Positions 1 through 9,038 of a DNA stretch of 58,116 nucleotides are shown piece by piece (within the stretch, counting starts at the first letter, position 1; every line of letters begins with the position of its first letter). Position numbers and translations under genes: made by a program. The DNA comes from Candidatus Micrarchaeia archaeon. GTDB lineage: Archaea > Micrarchaeota > Micrarchaeia > CAILAH01. The stretch covers positions 1 to 58,116 of the forward strand of contig JBMFNT010000002.1 in NCBI GenBank assembly GCA_049970015.1. Reading direction: 5' to 3'. The notes below the pieces were generated by a model, which was not told the origin of the DNA, made no database searches, and worked only from the letters and a program-made list of their open reading frames with translations.

Positions 1-235
1 ACTGAGGGGGGATACTTCCCCCCGCGGTTGTCTTCCCAAGGAAACCGGTAGGGGGTGGAACCCCCTGCGGTTGGCTTCCCCATTTATTGAGAGGGGGAGT
101 CAGGAATCCCAAGGAAACTAGAGGGGGACCCTTCCCCCTCTGGTTGGCTTCCCGAAGAAAGGTACGGGGGTAGCTGGAATCCCAAGGAAACCGGTAGGGG
201 GTGGAACCCCCTGCGGTTGGCTTCTCCCTTCTTCT
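1..235 (-). repeat. Modular array of GC-rich G5-loop-C5 hairpin units directly downstream (minus strand) of the tRNA-Ala 5' half; runs off the window edge
   Basis: Six units of gggggN5-8ccccc, each followed by gcggttggcttccc and/or aaggaaaccggta. A 43-nt exact direct repeat, cccaaggaaaccggtagggggtggaaccccctgcggttggctt, occurs at 35-77 and 181-223 (146-nt period). G+C is visibly above the flanking DNA. Confidence 0.8.
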
Positions 236-241
236 CCTCTT

Positions 242-277
242 TGCGAAGGCGGCGTCATACCATTAGACCACGAGCCC
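242..277 (-). tRNA. tRNA-Ala(CGC) 5' half (positions 1-37 only); 3' half not in window
   Basis: The reverse complement reads GGGCUCG-UG-GUCU-AAUGGUA-UGAC-G-CCGCC-UUCGCA(A). U8, A14, G18G19, A21 and U33 are present, the D stem is 3 bp plus a U-U, and the anticodon is CGC. The sequence after position 37/38 is not the GGCGG needed to close the anticodon stem. Confidence 0.75.
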
Positions 278-301
278 AGCACCATTTTTCAACAATGGAA
301 C

Positions 302-309
302 TATATATG
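302..309 (-). promoter_or_regulatory. TATA box for the tRNA-Ala 5' half
   Basis: GCATATATAG on the minus strand, centred about 28 nt upstream of tRNA position 1 (277). Confidence 0.5.
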
Positions 310-330
310 CTTTTTTCTGTTTGCCAAACA

Positions 331-340
331 TTTTATATAG
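331..340 (+). promoter_or_regulatory. TATA box for purF
   Basis: ttttatatag ends 22 nt upstream of the ATG at 362. Confidence 0.45.
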
Positions 341-361
341 TGTTTATTTTTGAAACCATCT

Positions 362-1735
362 ATGCTCAGCGAAAAGAAAGAGGAGTGTGGCATAGTTGGC
401 ATCTATTCTAAGAATCGCAAGAATATTTCTTATCATATTTACAGATCACTGCTTGCTTTACAGCATCGTGGCCAGGATGCAGCGGGCATTGCTCTAACTA
501 ATGGAAGAGTGGCGTTTGTTCATAAGGGCATAGGTACTGTGAACGAGGTGTTCAAGCACAATGATCTTCTTGTGGAGGGGTATATTGGTATTGGGCATAC
601 CCGCTATTCAACGACTGGTGGGTATTCACAGCTTGATGCGCAACCTTCACAAGTGCGTGACATTGCAGTAGCACATAACGGCCACATAGCAAATCAGGAT
701 ATTGTGAGGCGGATGCTTGAGCGTTTTGGGTATATTTTTACGAGCACAGTTGATTCTGAGACCATAGCATACCTTCTTGACAGCGTTCTGAGGGAAGGTG
801 CAAGCATAAAATATGCAATCATGAACCTTATGGATACTCTCGATGGGGCCTATTCAGATGTTGCAATAATTGGCAGTGCACTGGTTGTGTTCAGGGATCC
901 GCATGCCATACGCCCGCTTGTATGGGGCGAGAATGACGATTACATATGTTTTGCTTCTGAGAGTGTAGCGCTTGACATAAACGGCATTGAGTATAAGGGC
1001 ACTGTTAAAGGTGGAGAGCTTGTTATAGTTAATGAGGGTGGTATGCATAGGGAGATGATAAAGGAGGCAGAAACCCGCCATTGTATGTTTGAGTATGTGT
1101 ACTTTTCACGGCCTGATTCCTGTATAAATGATAGATATGTTTATGAGGTTAGGGAAAAATTAGGCGAGCAGCTTGCAAGAGAGTACCCTACTAATGCAGA
1201 TGTAGTTGTTGCAGTGCCAGACACTTCCAGGACAGCCGCATCAGCATTCTCCAGTTCTCTTGGTATACCTCTTGTGGAAGGTTTGATAAAGAATAGGTAT
1301 ATTGGCAGAACATTCATAATGCAAACACATGATGACAGGTGTAGTGCAGTATCCCTAAAGCTTAATGTTATAAGAAAACTGCTTGAGAATAGGAGAGTTG
1401 TGCTTATTGATGATTCGATTGTGCGCGGTACAACTCTTAAAGAAATAATCTCTCTTATAAGAAAGGCATTACCCAAAGAGGTTCACCTTAGGATAACATG
1501 CCCACCTATACGCGCCCCTTGTTTCTATGGCATAAACATTCCCACATACAAGGAGCTGATTGCGCATAACAGATCAATTGATGAGTTACGCAAATATTTT
1601 GGTGCCGATAGCATTGGCTACATATCAATGGATGGCCTAAAAGAAGTGCTTGGCAGTGATATATGCACGGGATGTCTGGATTGCAACTATCCTACACGGT
1701 ACGTGATGGAGCTTGCAAAGGTAGATCGTTGTTAA
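362..1735 (+). CDS. purF: Amidophosphoribosyltransferase (glutamine PRPP amidotransferase)
   Basis: Short propeptide then CGIVGIYS (Ntn nucleophile Cys), GHTRYSTTG, and the PRPP loop VLIDDSIVRGTT. The ATG at 362 is preferred over the TTG at 350. Confidence 0.93.
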   Translation: MLSEKKEECGIVGIYSKNRKNISYHIYRSLLALQHRGQDAAGIALTNGRVAFVHKGIGTVNEVFKHNDLLVEGYIGIGHTRYSTTGGYSQLDAQPSQVRDIAVAHNGHIANQDIVRRMLERFGYIFTSTVDSETIAYLLDSVLREGASIKYAIMNLMDTLDGAYSDVAIIGSALVVFRDPHAIRPLVWGENDDYICFASESVALDINGIEYKGTVKGGELVIVNEGGMHREMIKEAETRHCMFEYVYFSRPDSCINDRYVYEVREKLGEQLAREYPTNADVVVAVPDTSRTAASAFSSSLGIPLVEGLIKNRYIGRTFIMQTHDDRCSAVSLKLNVIRKLLENRRVVLIDDSIVRGTTLKEIISLIRKALPKEVHLRITCPPIRAPCFYGINIPTYKELIAHNRSIDELRKYFGADSIGYISMDGLKEVLGSDICTGCLDCNYPTRYVMELAKVDRC

Positions 1736-1743
1736 TTTAAAGG

Positions 1744-1750
1744 TTTTTTT
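1744..1750 (+). terminator. Oligo-T tract after the purF stop
   Basis: A T7 run lies 9 nt after the stop codon. Archaeal termination typically occurs at T-runs. Confidence 0.3.
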
Positions 1751-1754
1751 GCCA

Positions 1755-1964
1755 ATTCCCACATACAAGGAGCTGATTGCGCATAACAGATCAATTGATG
1801 AGTTACGCAAATATTTTGGTGCCGATAGCATTGGCTACATATCAATGGATGGCCTAAAAGAAGTGCTTGGCAGTGATATATGCACGGGATGTCTGGATTG
1901 CAACTATCCTACACGGTACGTGATGGAGCTTGCAAAGGTAGATCGTTGTTAATTTAAAGGTTTT
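1755..1964 (+). pseudogene. Tandem duplicate of the last ~195 nt of purF plus its 3' flank
   Basis: 1755-1964 repeats 1538-1747 at an offset of 217 nt. ORF 1749..1952 is identical to the purF C-terminus from IPTYKELIAHNR to the end. Confidence 0.9.
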
Positions 1965-1981
1965 GTAGCAAAAAAGAGTCT

Positions 1982-3091
1982 ATGACAAGATTTGTCGTTA
2001 TTTTATTGCTGCTGTTACCACTTTTTTATTCCGCTAGCATAGATTGTGTCCCAAGATCTTTTTCAAGCAATTCATTAGTTGCTGAGAAGTTCTGCAATAA
2101 CTACATTGGTAGCGATTGCAGGTGCTGGATTAACAATGCCTATGTAATATGCAGCTTTGACTTCAAGGACAAAATCACAGTAGCTTGCATTGGTGATAGC
2201 TGTACTATTAAAGTGCTTGATGAGAATAAGAGCATAGATTATGTTCCACTACAACTCTCTCTTGTTGGTTTGATGTGTGACAGAATAACAGGGGCAAAAT
2301 GTGATTGTGAGAGTATAAGTTCTGACACTGTTGAGTGTGAGATAAAAAATGTACGAGCAAAATCATTGTGTGATGATACTGGATGTACTATGTATATAGG
2401 TGAATTGAGTCATGAGAGCAAATACTGTGCGAAAGAAGAATCAGGGGTGCTTTTTGAGAAGGTAAGCAATGGTCTGGCTTTGAGCATTGAAGGTACAGTA
2501 GTGTCAGAGGATGGGGGAAGAAAGAAGCTTGATAATGGAATTATTTCCATATCAGGTCCTCTCAAGAGGGGCATAGAGGTTGAGATGGTTGCTGACATAG
2601 GATATGTTGATGAGAATTCTAGCCTCGCTGCAATACGCTCTGAAGTCAAAGAGGAGGCCAGAAATCTTTTCAGGAAAACAATCCGTGAACAGTATGGTAC
2701 GGAGGATTTTGAGACTATAGAGGCAATTGAAGTTAATCTTTCGAACCTTCGAGATGGAGAACACATAAAATCAGCAGTTGTTAGGTTTAAGGTACCTAAG
2801 ACCATTATCAAGGAAGGCACAGTTGTAGTTATACTTAGATATGATGATGAGGGAAGGGTATCTGTTTTAACACCTTCGGTCAGAGAGGACGATGCCCACT
2901 ATATATATGAAGTTAGCACGGATGGCCTTAGCCTTTATGCAGTTGCAACAATCAACCAGATCACTGGGTCGGTTGCTGAGGATCAATTGGGAGAAGAGAG
3001 TGCAAGTAAAAGGCAGGGAGAGATATGCGGTGTAGTGGGAGCAATCTTGCTGTTGCTTGGTGCTCTTTATACAGTTAACGAGAGTACATAA
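1982..3091 (+). CDS. Secreted/anchored Cys-rich protein, unknown function
   Basis: N-terminal signal-like hydrophobic segment, many Cys in the first 150 aa, and a C-terminal hydrophobic anchor (GVVGAILLLLGALY). Confidence 0.6.
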   Translation: MTRFVVILLLLLPLFYSASIDCVPRSFSSNSLVAEKFCNNYIGSDCRCWINNAYVICSFDFKDKITVACIGDSCTIKVLDENKSIDYVPLQLSLVGLMCDRITGAKCDCESISSDTVECEIKNVRAKSLCDDTGCTMYIGELSHESKYCAKEESGVLFEKVSNGLALSIEGTVVSEDGGRKKLDNGIISISGPLKRGIEVEMVADIGYVDENSSLAAIRSEVKEEARNLFRKTIREQYGTEDFETIEAIEVNLSNLRDGEHIKSAVVRFKVPKTIIKEGTVVVILRYDDEGRVSVLTPSVREDDAHYIYEVSTDGLSLYAVATINQITGSVAEDQLGEESASKRQGEICGVVGAILLLLGALYTVNEST

Positions 3092-3606
3092 AACACATAT
3101 ATGAACCATAGGATAAGGGCAATTCCTTCAATAGCATACCTTTTCATATCATTTTTTCTTCCCTCCACCACGCTACCGGATGCTATTGCAAGGAGTACAA
3201 TAAAATAGTAAGTTGGTATTAGAGTGGCACTCGCTGCCCAGAGTACACTGCTTACTCCAAAAGGTAATCCCACCAGGTGCAATAGAAACAGAATAATACT
3301 ATTTACGATAAAAGCAATACTGGTTATGTATATGAGCCCAACACTTATTTGCACAAAAGATTTTTTAGCTACTTGTGAGGCAATGAACCCAACAATGCTG
3401 TTTATAGATATTATCGATATACCATTTATTAATAGGTTGATAAGGTAGTTCAAGTACGAAAATTTTGTTGGTAAGGATATTATTATAAGAGCAATAAAAG
3501 ATACAATTGCTGATTTTATCACACTCACATTAATTATTTTGTTTCGCAGGTCCCTTTTTGATGCGAGAAATGCATACACATACTCTTTTATCCATTTCAT
3601 TAACAT
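3067..3606 (-). CDS. Multi-pass membrane protein, unknown function
   Basis: Several hydrophobic helices. Its start overlaps the cyclase stop by 7 nt. Confidence 0.55.
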   Translation of the reverse strand: MLMKWIKEYVYAFLASKRDLRNKIINVSVIKSAIVSFIALIIISLPTKFSYLNYLINLLINGISIISINSIVGFIASQVAKKSFVQISVGLIYITSIAFIVNSIILFLLHLVGLPFGVSSVLWAASATLIPTYYFIVLLAIASGSVVEGRKNDMKRYAIEGIALILWFIYVFYVLSLTV

Positions 3607-4517
3607 TCCACCCGGTACACTTTTATTGGGATGCTCTTCCCTTTTACAGCCACTTCCTCAGGTTCTGAAAACCTGAATTTACCTTTCACAAGCTCATATG
3701 TACTCTCGCTTACGACAATCTCTCCACTCTTTGCCACACCATTGAGCCGAGAAGCTATGTTTACAGTATCCCCTATCACAGTGTAATCCATATATCTATA
3801 CGACCCAATGTTTCCCATAACAACTTCTCCAGTGTTCACCCCTATTCCGATTGAGAAATTATTAACCCCATACTTTTTCTTCACCATACGCGCATACTCT
3901 CTCATCCTGTTTTGTATTTTTACACATGCTTTTATTGCACATACTGCATGATTCTCTTTTTGTACAGGTGCATTAAAAACAGCCATTGTAGCATCGCCTA
4001 TATACTTTAACACAGTCCCATCCTCGTTGAATATCTCTTCAGTTATTATATCAAAGTGCCCATTAAGCAATTCAACAATCTGTTTTGGGTCCAGTTTTTC
4101 AGAGAGTGATGTAAACCCCCTCACATCTGTGAACACCACTGTTACTTGATGCTTTTCACCACCTAACTGCAGGTCTTTCTGCTCAAGCAGTTTTTCAACA
4201 ATATTTTCTGACACATACTTAGAGAAGAACTGTTTTGTCTTTATCTTTTCCTTTTCTTCTTTTACCCTTCTACCTTCTACATACATTATCACTATTATTA
4301 TTGCAATAGGCATGACACTTGTTATTATCCTAAACTGCTCTATGAACTCCCTAAATATTTCGGAATACATGTTGAACCAGATGTTAAAGAATACGAGTAA
4401 CACCATAGCAGTCATTGCAATGTACTTAACATCATTCGTGTCAAGATACCTACAAATCATTTTTATGCTTATGTAAAGCAGAAGAAGTAATACTACGTTC
4501 TCAAGCATGCGATTCAC
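3600..4517 (-). CDS. Membrane-anchored class III adenylate/guanylate cyclase
   Basis: N-terminal TM helices followed by VVFTDVRGFTSLSE, YIGDATMAVFNAP, GVNTGEVVMGNIGS and DYTVIGDTVNIASRL. Confidence 0.85.
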   Translation of the reverse strand: MNRMLENVVLLLLLYISIKMICRYLDTNDVKYIAMTAMVLLVFFNIWFNMYSEIFREFIEQFRIITSVMPIAIIIVIMYVEGRRVKEEKEKIKTKQFFSKYVSENIVEKLLEQKDLQLGGEKHQVTVVFTDVRGFTSLSEKLDPKQIVELLNGHFDIITEEIFNEDGTVLKYIGDATMAVFNAPVQKENHAVCAIKACVKIQNRMREYARMVKKKYGVNNFSIGIGVNTGEVVMGNIGSYRYMDYTVIGDTVNIASRLNGVAKSGEIVVSESTYELVKGKFRFSEPEEVAVKGKSIPIKVYRVEC

Positions 4518-5892
4518 TTATTCTTCTAAGGTATTGCTGGTACCAGAGTGATTTCGCTATTGCGCTTATGGCAGATGACGGTGATCCATATGTCGGGAGG
4601 CCTGAAGACTCAACAATCTTGAGCAGCATTCGTGTATACTCCCCCCCAGTTGCAACTGATACTATAGTCTTATCAGTCATATTATCTGCTTCCATAACCA
4701 CTCTAATGACTTCAGGGCCCAACCCTACTGTTTGGAACAGCGTTATCACGACGATCGCATCTACACCTTCCTCTTTTATAATCTCAGTCAATACTTTCCT
4801 GTACCTTTCACTGTCTGCATCACCTGTCAGGTCAAGGGGATTGCCCACTACAACATGCCTTGGAAACATCCTTTTGAATTTTCTTATTGTTTTCTTGCTC
4901 AGCTGTGCAGGCCTAAGCCCATTTTTTTCGATTGCATCCATGGCAAGCACTCCATCTCCCCCACCATTCGTTATCACCATTATCCTGTCACCACGTGGAA
5001 GCGGTTGTAAGAACACTTTTAAAAGGTTGAACAATTCATCAAGATTTTCAGCCTCAACTGCACCTGCCTGTTTCAGCATCGAGCTGAATACTTTATAATC
5101 GCCTGCAAGCGCGCCAGTATGCGATTTTGCGGCCTCGGATGCAAGTCTTCCTTTACCTGCCTTGAGCACGACGACTGGTTTTATAGCAGTAGTGCTTTTA
5201 AGCACTTCATAAAACTTCCTTCCATCTTTAACCCCTTCGATATACACAACAATCACGCTTGTGTCAGGGTCATCTCTTAAATATTCCAGCAGGTCTGACT
5301 CATCAATCACTGTAGCATTGCCGTAAGATATAAATTTTGACACCCCTATGTTTGATTCTGCCACTAGATCAAGTATTGTTGAGCCGACCGCACCGCTTTG
5401 AGTTATGAAGCTAATTTTGCCTACTTGCGATCTTTTCATTTTGTATGTTGGCAGGAATGTGCTGTCAATATGTTTCTGCATATTTATTATACCGAGGCAG
5501 TTTGGGCCTATCGCAGCAATATTGTACTTTTTACATACCCTTACAAACTCCTCCTCCAGCTCTTTTTCTCCAACCTCTTTAAATCCTCCGGAGAGCACTA
5601 CTGCCCCACCAACCCCCTTCTTTCCACATTCCCTCAATACCTGGTTTACATAAGGTGCCGGCACAGCAATTATTGCACATTCAACATCCCCTTTTATGTC
5701 CAGCACGCTCTTGTAGCAATTTACACCAAGTATCTTTTCAGCGTTCGGATTAACGGCATATATCCTTCCATTGTACCCGCCCATCAGCAGGTTCTTAAGC
5801 ACAGCATTCCCGACCTTTGAAGGGTTTCTTGATGCGCCTACCACAGCAATGGTTTTTGGCTCAATGGCTTTTTTTAGGTCTAGTTTATCCAT
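4501..5892 (-). CDS. acdA: ADP-forming acetyl-CoA synthetase, alpha subunit (CoA-binding/succinyl-CoA synthetase-like)
   Basis: IAVVGASRNPSKVGN, GPNCLGI, and SHTGALAG (phosphohistidine loop). Confidence 0.88.
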   Translation of the reverse strand: MDKLDLKKAIEPKTIAVVGASRNPSKVGNAVLKNLLMGGYNGRIYAVNPNAEKILGVNCYKSVLDIKGDVECAIIAVPAPYVNQVLRECGKKGVGGAVVLSGGFKEVGEKELEEEFVRVCKKYNIAAIGPNCLGIINMQKHIDSTFLPTYKMKRSQVGKISFITQSGAVGSTILDLVAESNIGVSKFISYGNATVIDESDLLEYLRDDPDTSVIVVYIEGVKDGRKFYEVLKSTTAIKPVVVLKAGKGRLASEAAKSHTGALAGDYKVFSSMLKQAGAVEAENLDELFNLLKVFLQPLPRGDRIMVITNGGGDGVLAMDAIEKNGLRPAQLSKKTIRKFKRMFPRHVVVGNPLDLTGDADSERYRKVLTEIIKEEGVDAIVVITLFQTVGLGPEVIRVVMEADNMTDKTIVSVATGGEYTRMLLKIVESSGLPTYGSPSSAISAIAKSLWYQQYLRRISESHA

Positions 5893-5896
5893 ATGA

Positions 5897-6520
5897 TCAT
5901 CTCACAACTCTTACATCAACCGCATAATAGCTGTTTTCGTAGACCACCACTGGGTTAAGATCAATCTCTCTTATGCCTTTGTTTTTGTGCATTATAGAGC
6001 ATATTCTTTTCATAATCTCTGCAACCATATTCCTGTTAATCTTTGGCCCTCCTCTAAACTGGTCGAACACTACATCCGCCTTTGTTTCTCTTATCATATC
6101 AAGTGCATCTTCAGTTGATATAGGGCACAATCTCACCGAAACATCTTTGTAGAGCTCAACATTGACTCCTCCAAGGCCAAACAGCACAACCTCACCAAAC
6201 TGTTTGTCTCTTTTTGCACCTATTATTATTTCAATACCCTTTGGCACGTGCTCTTGCACTAGGAATCCATCAACCATGTATTTTCTTGCAGTGAGGCGGT
6301 TATACATGCGCCTGATTTCAACTGCAACATCCTCTCTTTCAATGTTTGTTACCACTGCCCCAACCTCTGTCTTATGAATAATGTTTTCACCAATGGCCTT
6401 TATGACATACCTTTCCGCATGAAACAAATCCTTTGGCAGTGAGGTGCCTTCTATTATAAGATACTTCGGAAGGTTTATCCCAGCCTTGCTGAAAAGTGCC
6501 AAATCCTCCTTCAACTGCAT
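5897..6520 (-). CDS. acdB: ADP-forming acetyl-CoA synthetase, beta subunit (ATP-grasp)
   Basis: ATP-grasp-like sequence lying directly upstream of acdA with a 4-nt gap. Confidence 0.8.
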   Translation of the reverse strand: MQLKEDLALFSKAGINLPKYLIIEGTSLPKDLFHAERYVIKAIGENIIHKTEVGAVVTNIEREDVAVEIRRMYNRLTARKYMVDGFLVQEHVPKGIEIIIGAKRDKQFGEVVLFGLGGVNVELYKDVSVRLCPISTEDALDMIRETKADVVFDQFRGGPKINRNMVAEIMKRICSIMHKNKGIREIDLNPVVVYENSYYAVDVRVVR

Positions 6521-6524
6521 TCAA

Positions 6525-7235
6525 TCACTTCAGATAAGCAAGCAAAACCGCCGTTACAAGTATGCCAAGCAAAATGATGATGCCAATATAGACCCAATAC
6601 TTTTCAAAATAGTATTTGATGTTTGCGATTATCTTTTGCTCAAATGTAATCTGCGCAGTTTCAGTGCCAAGCGAAATTTCCTGCATGGCAAGCTCTTTAG
6701 CAATCTTGTTCCTCACTTCTGGTGGCGCCTCTATAGTAGGCCTCTCAGCATGCTTTGCCCCGCCACTGGCCTGTACTTCCGGTCCTTGTTCAAACCCATG
6801 TGCAGTAAGCATGACTTCAACAGTGCCATTCTTTATCCTGTAATCAATAAACTTTTTCTTCCACAGCTTGTATATACTGTATGCAACATCCCTGCTATTT
6901 ATATTAAGCAAATTCTCAATTTGTGTAGGATCTCTTACCCCACCTTTTATGTGTCCGAGCACTGCAATATCCACACGGCCAAGGTTTCCTTCAGAAAACA
7001 AGTCAAGCTCTTTAAGAAGCTCCTTACCGCTTTCCGTAATTATGACTGGGCTATTGCCTATAGATGAATGTATATCGACAAACCCCTTAAGCTTGAGCGC
7101 ACCTAAAAGGTTTGCAGCCTCAAAAAAAGTGCTACTTATTTTTGGCCCAAAATTCTCCACAGTTGTTTCAGCATCTATCCTCTTTAATAGTGCAATATCT
7201 ATAAACTCAATGTCGCTCACAATAACAATTCGCAT
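6525..7235 (-). CDS. Hypothetical protein with C-terminal membrane anchor
   Basis: Long ORF that is first in the minus-strand gene string. C-terminal TM segment WVYIGIIILLGILVTAVLLAY. Confidence 0.5.
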   Translation of the reverse strand: MRIVIVSDIEFIDIALLKRIDAETTVENFGPKISSTFFEAANLLGALKLKGFVDIHSSIGNSPVIITESGKELLKELDLFSEGNLGRVDIAVLGHIKGGVRDPTQIENLLNINSRDVAYSIYKLWKKKFIDYRIKNGTVEVMLTAHGFEQGPEVQASGGAKHAERPTIEAPPEVRNKIAKELAMQEISLGTETAQITFEQKIIANIKYYFEKYWVYIGIIILLGILVTAVLLAYLK

Positions 7236-7268
7236 TGAAAATTAAAAAGCTTTTTAATACTGAACTCT

Positions 7269-9038
7269 TTGATGGAGTCCATAATTCGTCAGCCAATAGT
7301 AGTAGTAATGGGGCATGTTGACCACGGGAAGACAAGCATTCTTGATGCAATAAGGAAGACGAGTGTGCACAAGCGCGAGAAGGGTGCAATAACACAACAC
7401 ATAGGGGCAAGTGAAGTGCCATCAGAGGTCATAGTTGAGATGGGTAGAAGTTTTTTAAGCAAGATGAACATTTCAATAAAGATACCGGGCCTTCTTTTCA
7501 TAGACACTCCAGGCCATGAGGCATTCACCACCCTGCGAAAGAGAGGTGGCAGCATATCAGATATAGCAATCCTTGTTGTTGATGCTATGCAGGGGTTCCA
7601 GCCTCAAACGATTGAGTCCATAAACATACTTAGGGAGTACAAGACCCCATTCATAGTTGCAATGAACAAGATAGATCTAGTGCAGGGATGGAAAGATGCA
7701 AAGACTACTTCTTTCATGGAATCCTTTTCAAAACAATCCAAGCAAGCACAGGAAATGCTCGATTCAAAGGTTTATGAAGTGGTTTCAAGCCTGGCTGAGC
7801 ACGGGTTTAATTCTGACAGGTTTGATCGTGTCTCAGATTTTACAAAAGAGATTGCAATAGTTCCAGTGAGTGCAAAGACCATGGAAGGCATAATGGAAAT
7901 TCTTGTTATGCTTTCAGGCTTGTCCCAAAGATTCCTTGAAAAAAACCTGTACATAGATCCGGAACAACCGGGCCGGGCCAGTATAATCGAGATAAAGGAG
8001 GAGCCAGGTCTTGGCAAGACAATGGATGCAGTGCTTTATGATGGAACTATACGTGTGGGCGACAAGATTGCATTCCCTACCATTAATGGGCACAAGATTA
8101 CGCATGTACGCGCACTGCTCAGACCAAAGCCGCTTGATGAGATGCGTGACCCGCGCGACAAGTTTCTTCATATTGAGTTTGCGAGCGCAGCAGCCGGCCT
8201 TAAAATATCAGCACCCGATATAGATGATGCAATCCCGGGCTCAACATTGCTAGTTGTAAAGTCTGAAAATGATGCAGTTTTAGCAGAAGTTGATGCTGAA
8301 ATATCATCTATTTTGTCGCACACATCAAGTCAAGGGGTTATGGTAAAGGCAGATACATTGGGATCACTTGAGGCAGCCGCACGCCTTCTTTCTAAGGAGG
8401 GGATATCTGTTAGGAGCATGGGGATAGGTAATGTCTCCAAGAAAGATGTTGTTGAGTGCATATCCATATCATCAGTGAACCCATATGATGCCGTGATACT
8501 TGCATTCAATGTAAAGGTACCTAAAGATGTTGAGGAGTATGCACGCTCTGTACACATTCCAATATTCTGTGAGGATGTCATATATATGCTTGTCGAGAAT
8601 TACACAAAATGGCTTTCTGAAAAGGTAGAAGAGGAGAAAAGGAATGTGTTTATGAAACTACAGCCGATCGGCCAGATCTGCGTACTGTCTGGGTGCTGCT
8701 TTAGGGTGAGCAAGCCGAGCGTGTTTGGTGTGCGTGTTGTGGCTGGCAGGATAACTCCAGGAACTATGATGGTTAATGAGGATGGTTGTGAAATAGGCAG
8801 GATAAAGTCAATACAGCAAGATAAGGTTTCGCTTGCTGAAGCGCGTGAGGGGATGGAGGTTGCGATATCCATGGATGAGCCAGTGTACGGCCGTGATATA
8901 GTTGCGGGTAATGTATTATACACATATGTGCCAAAGGATGAGGCGAACATATATTTGGAAAAGTATAATAAACTAATATCTGATAAGGAAACATCATTAC
9001 TCATGCACATACTGAGGATAACAAAACAGAGGTATTGA
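7269..9038 (+). CDS. infB: Translation initiation factor aIF5B (IF-2 family GTPase)
   Basis: VVVMGHVDHGKTSILD, DTPGHEAF and NKID motifs. 589 aa. Confidence 0.93.
   Translation: MMESIIRQPIVVVMGHVDHGKTSILDAIRKTSVHKREKGAITQHIGASEVPSEVIVEMGRSFLSKMNISIKIPGLLFIDTPGHEAFTTLRKRGGSISDIAILVVDAMQGFQPQTIESINILREYKTPFIVAMNKIDLVQGWKDAKTTSFMESFSKQSKQAQEMLDSKVYEVVSSLAEHGFNSDRFDRVSDFTKEIAIVPVSAKTMEGIMEILVMLSGLSQRFLEKNLYIDPEQPGRASIIEIKEEPGLGKTMDAVLYDGTIRVGDKIAFPTINGHKITHVRALLRPKPLDEMRDPRDKFLHIEFASAAAGLKISAPDIDDAIPGSTLLVVKSENDAVLAEVDAEISSILSHTSSQGVMVKADTLGSLEAAARLLSKEGISVRSMGIGNVSKKDVVECISISSVNPYDAVILAFNVKVPKDVEEYARSVHIPIFCEDVIYMLVENYTKWLSEKVEEEKRNVFMKLQPIGQICVLSGCCFRVSKPSVFGVRVVAGRITPGTMMVNEDGCEIGRIKSIQQDKVSLAEAREGMEVAISMDEPVYGRDIVAGNVLYTYVPKDEANIYLEKYNKLISDKETSLLMHILRITKQRY

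Noticed and set aside
217-411. ORF 217..411 (64 aa)
   Set aside because: It overlaps the tRNA half, both TATA boxes and the purF start. It has no coding features.
4568-5098. Long antisense ORFs inside acdA, nrdJ (37424..38020), the Lon-like gene (50215..50748), the AIM24 gene (54585..55046) and others
   Set aside because: Each lies opposite a gene with strong family motifs. The translations are low-complexity with no motifs, so these are typical shadow ORFs.
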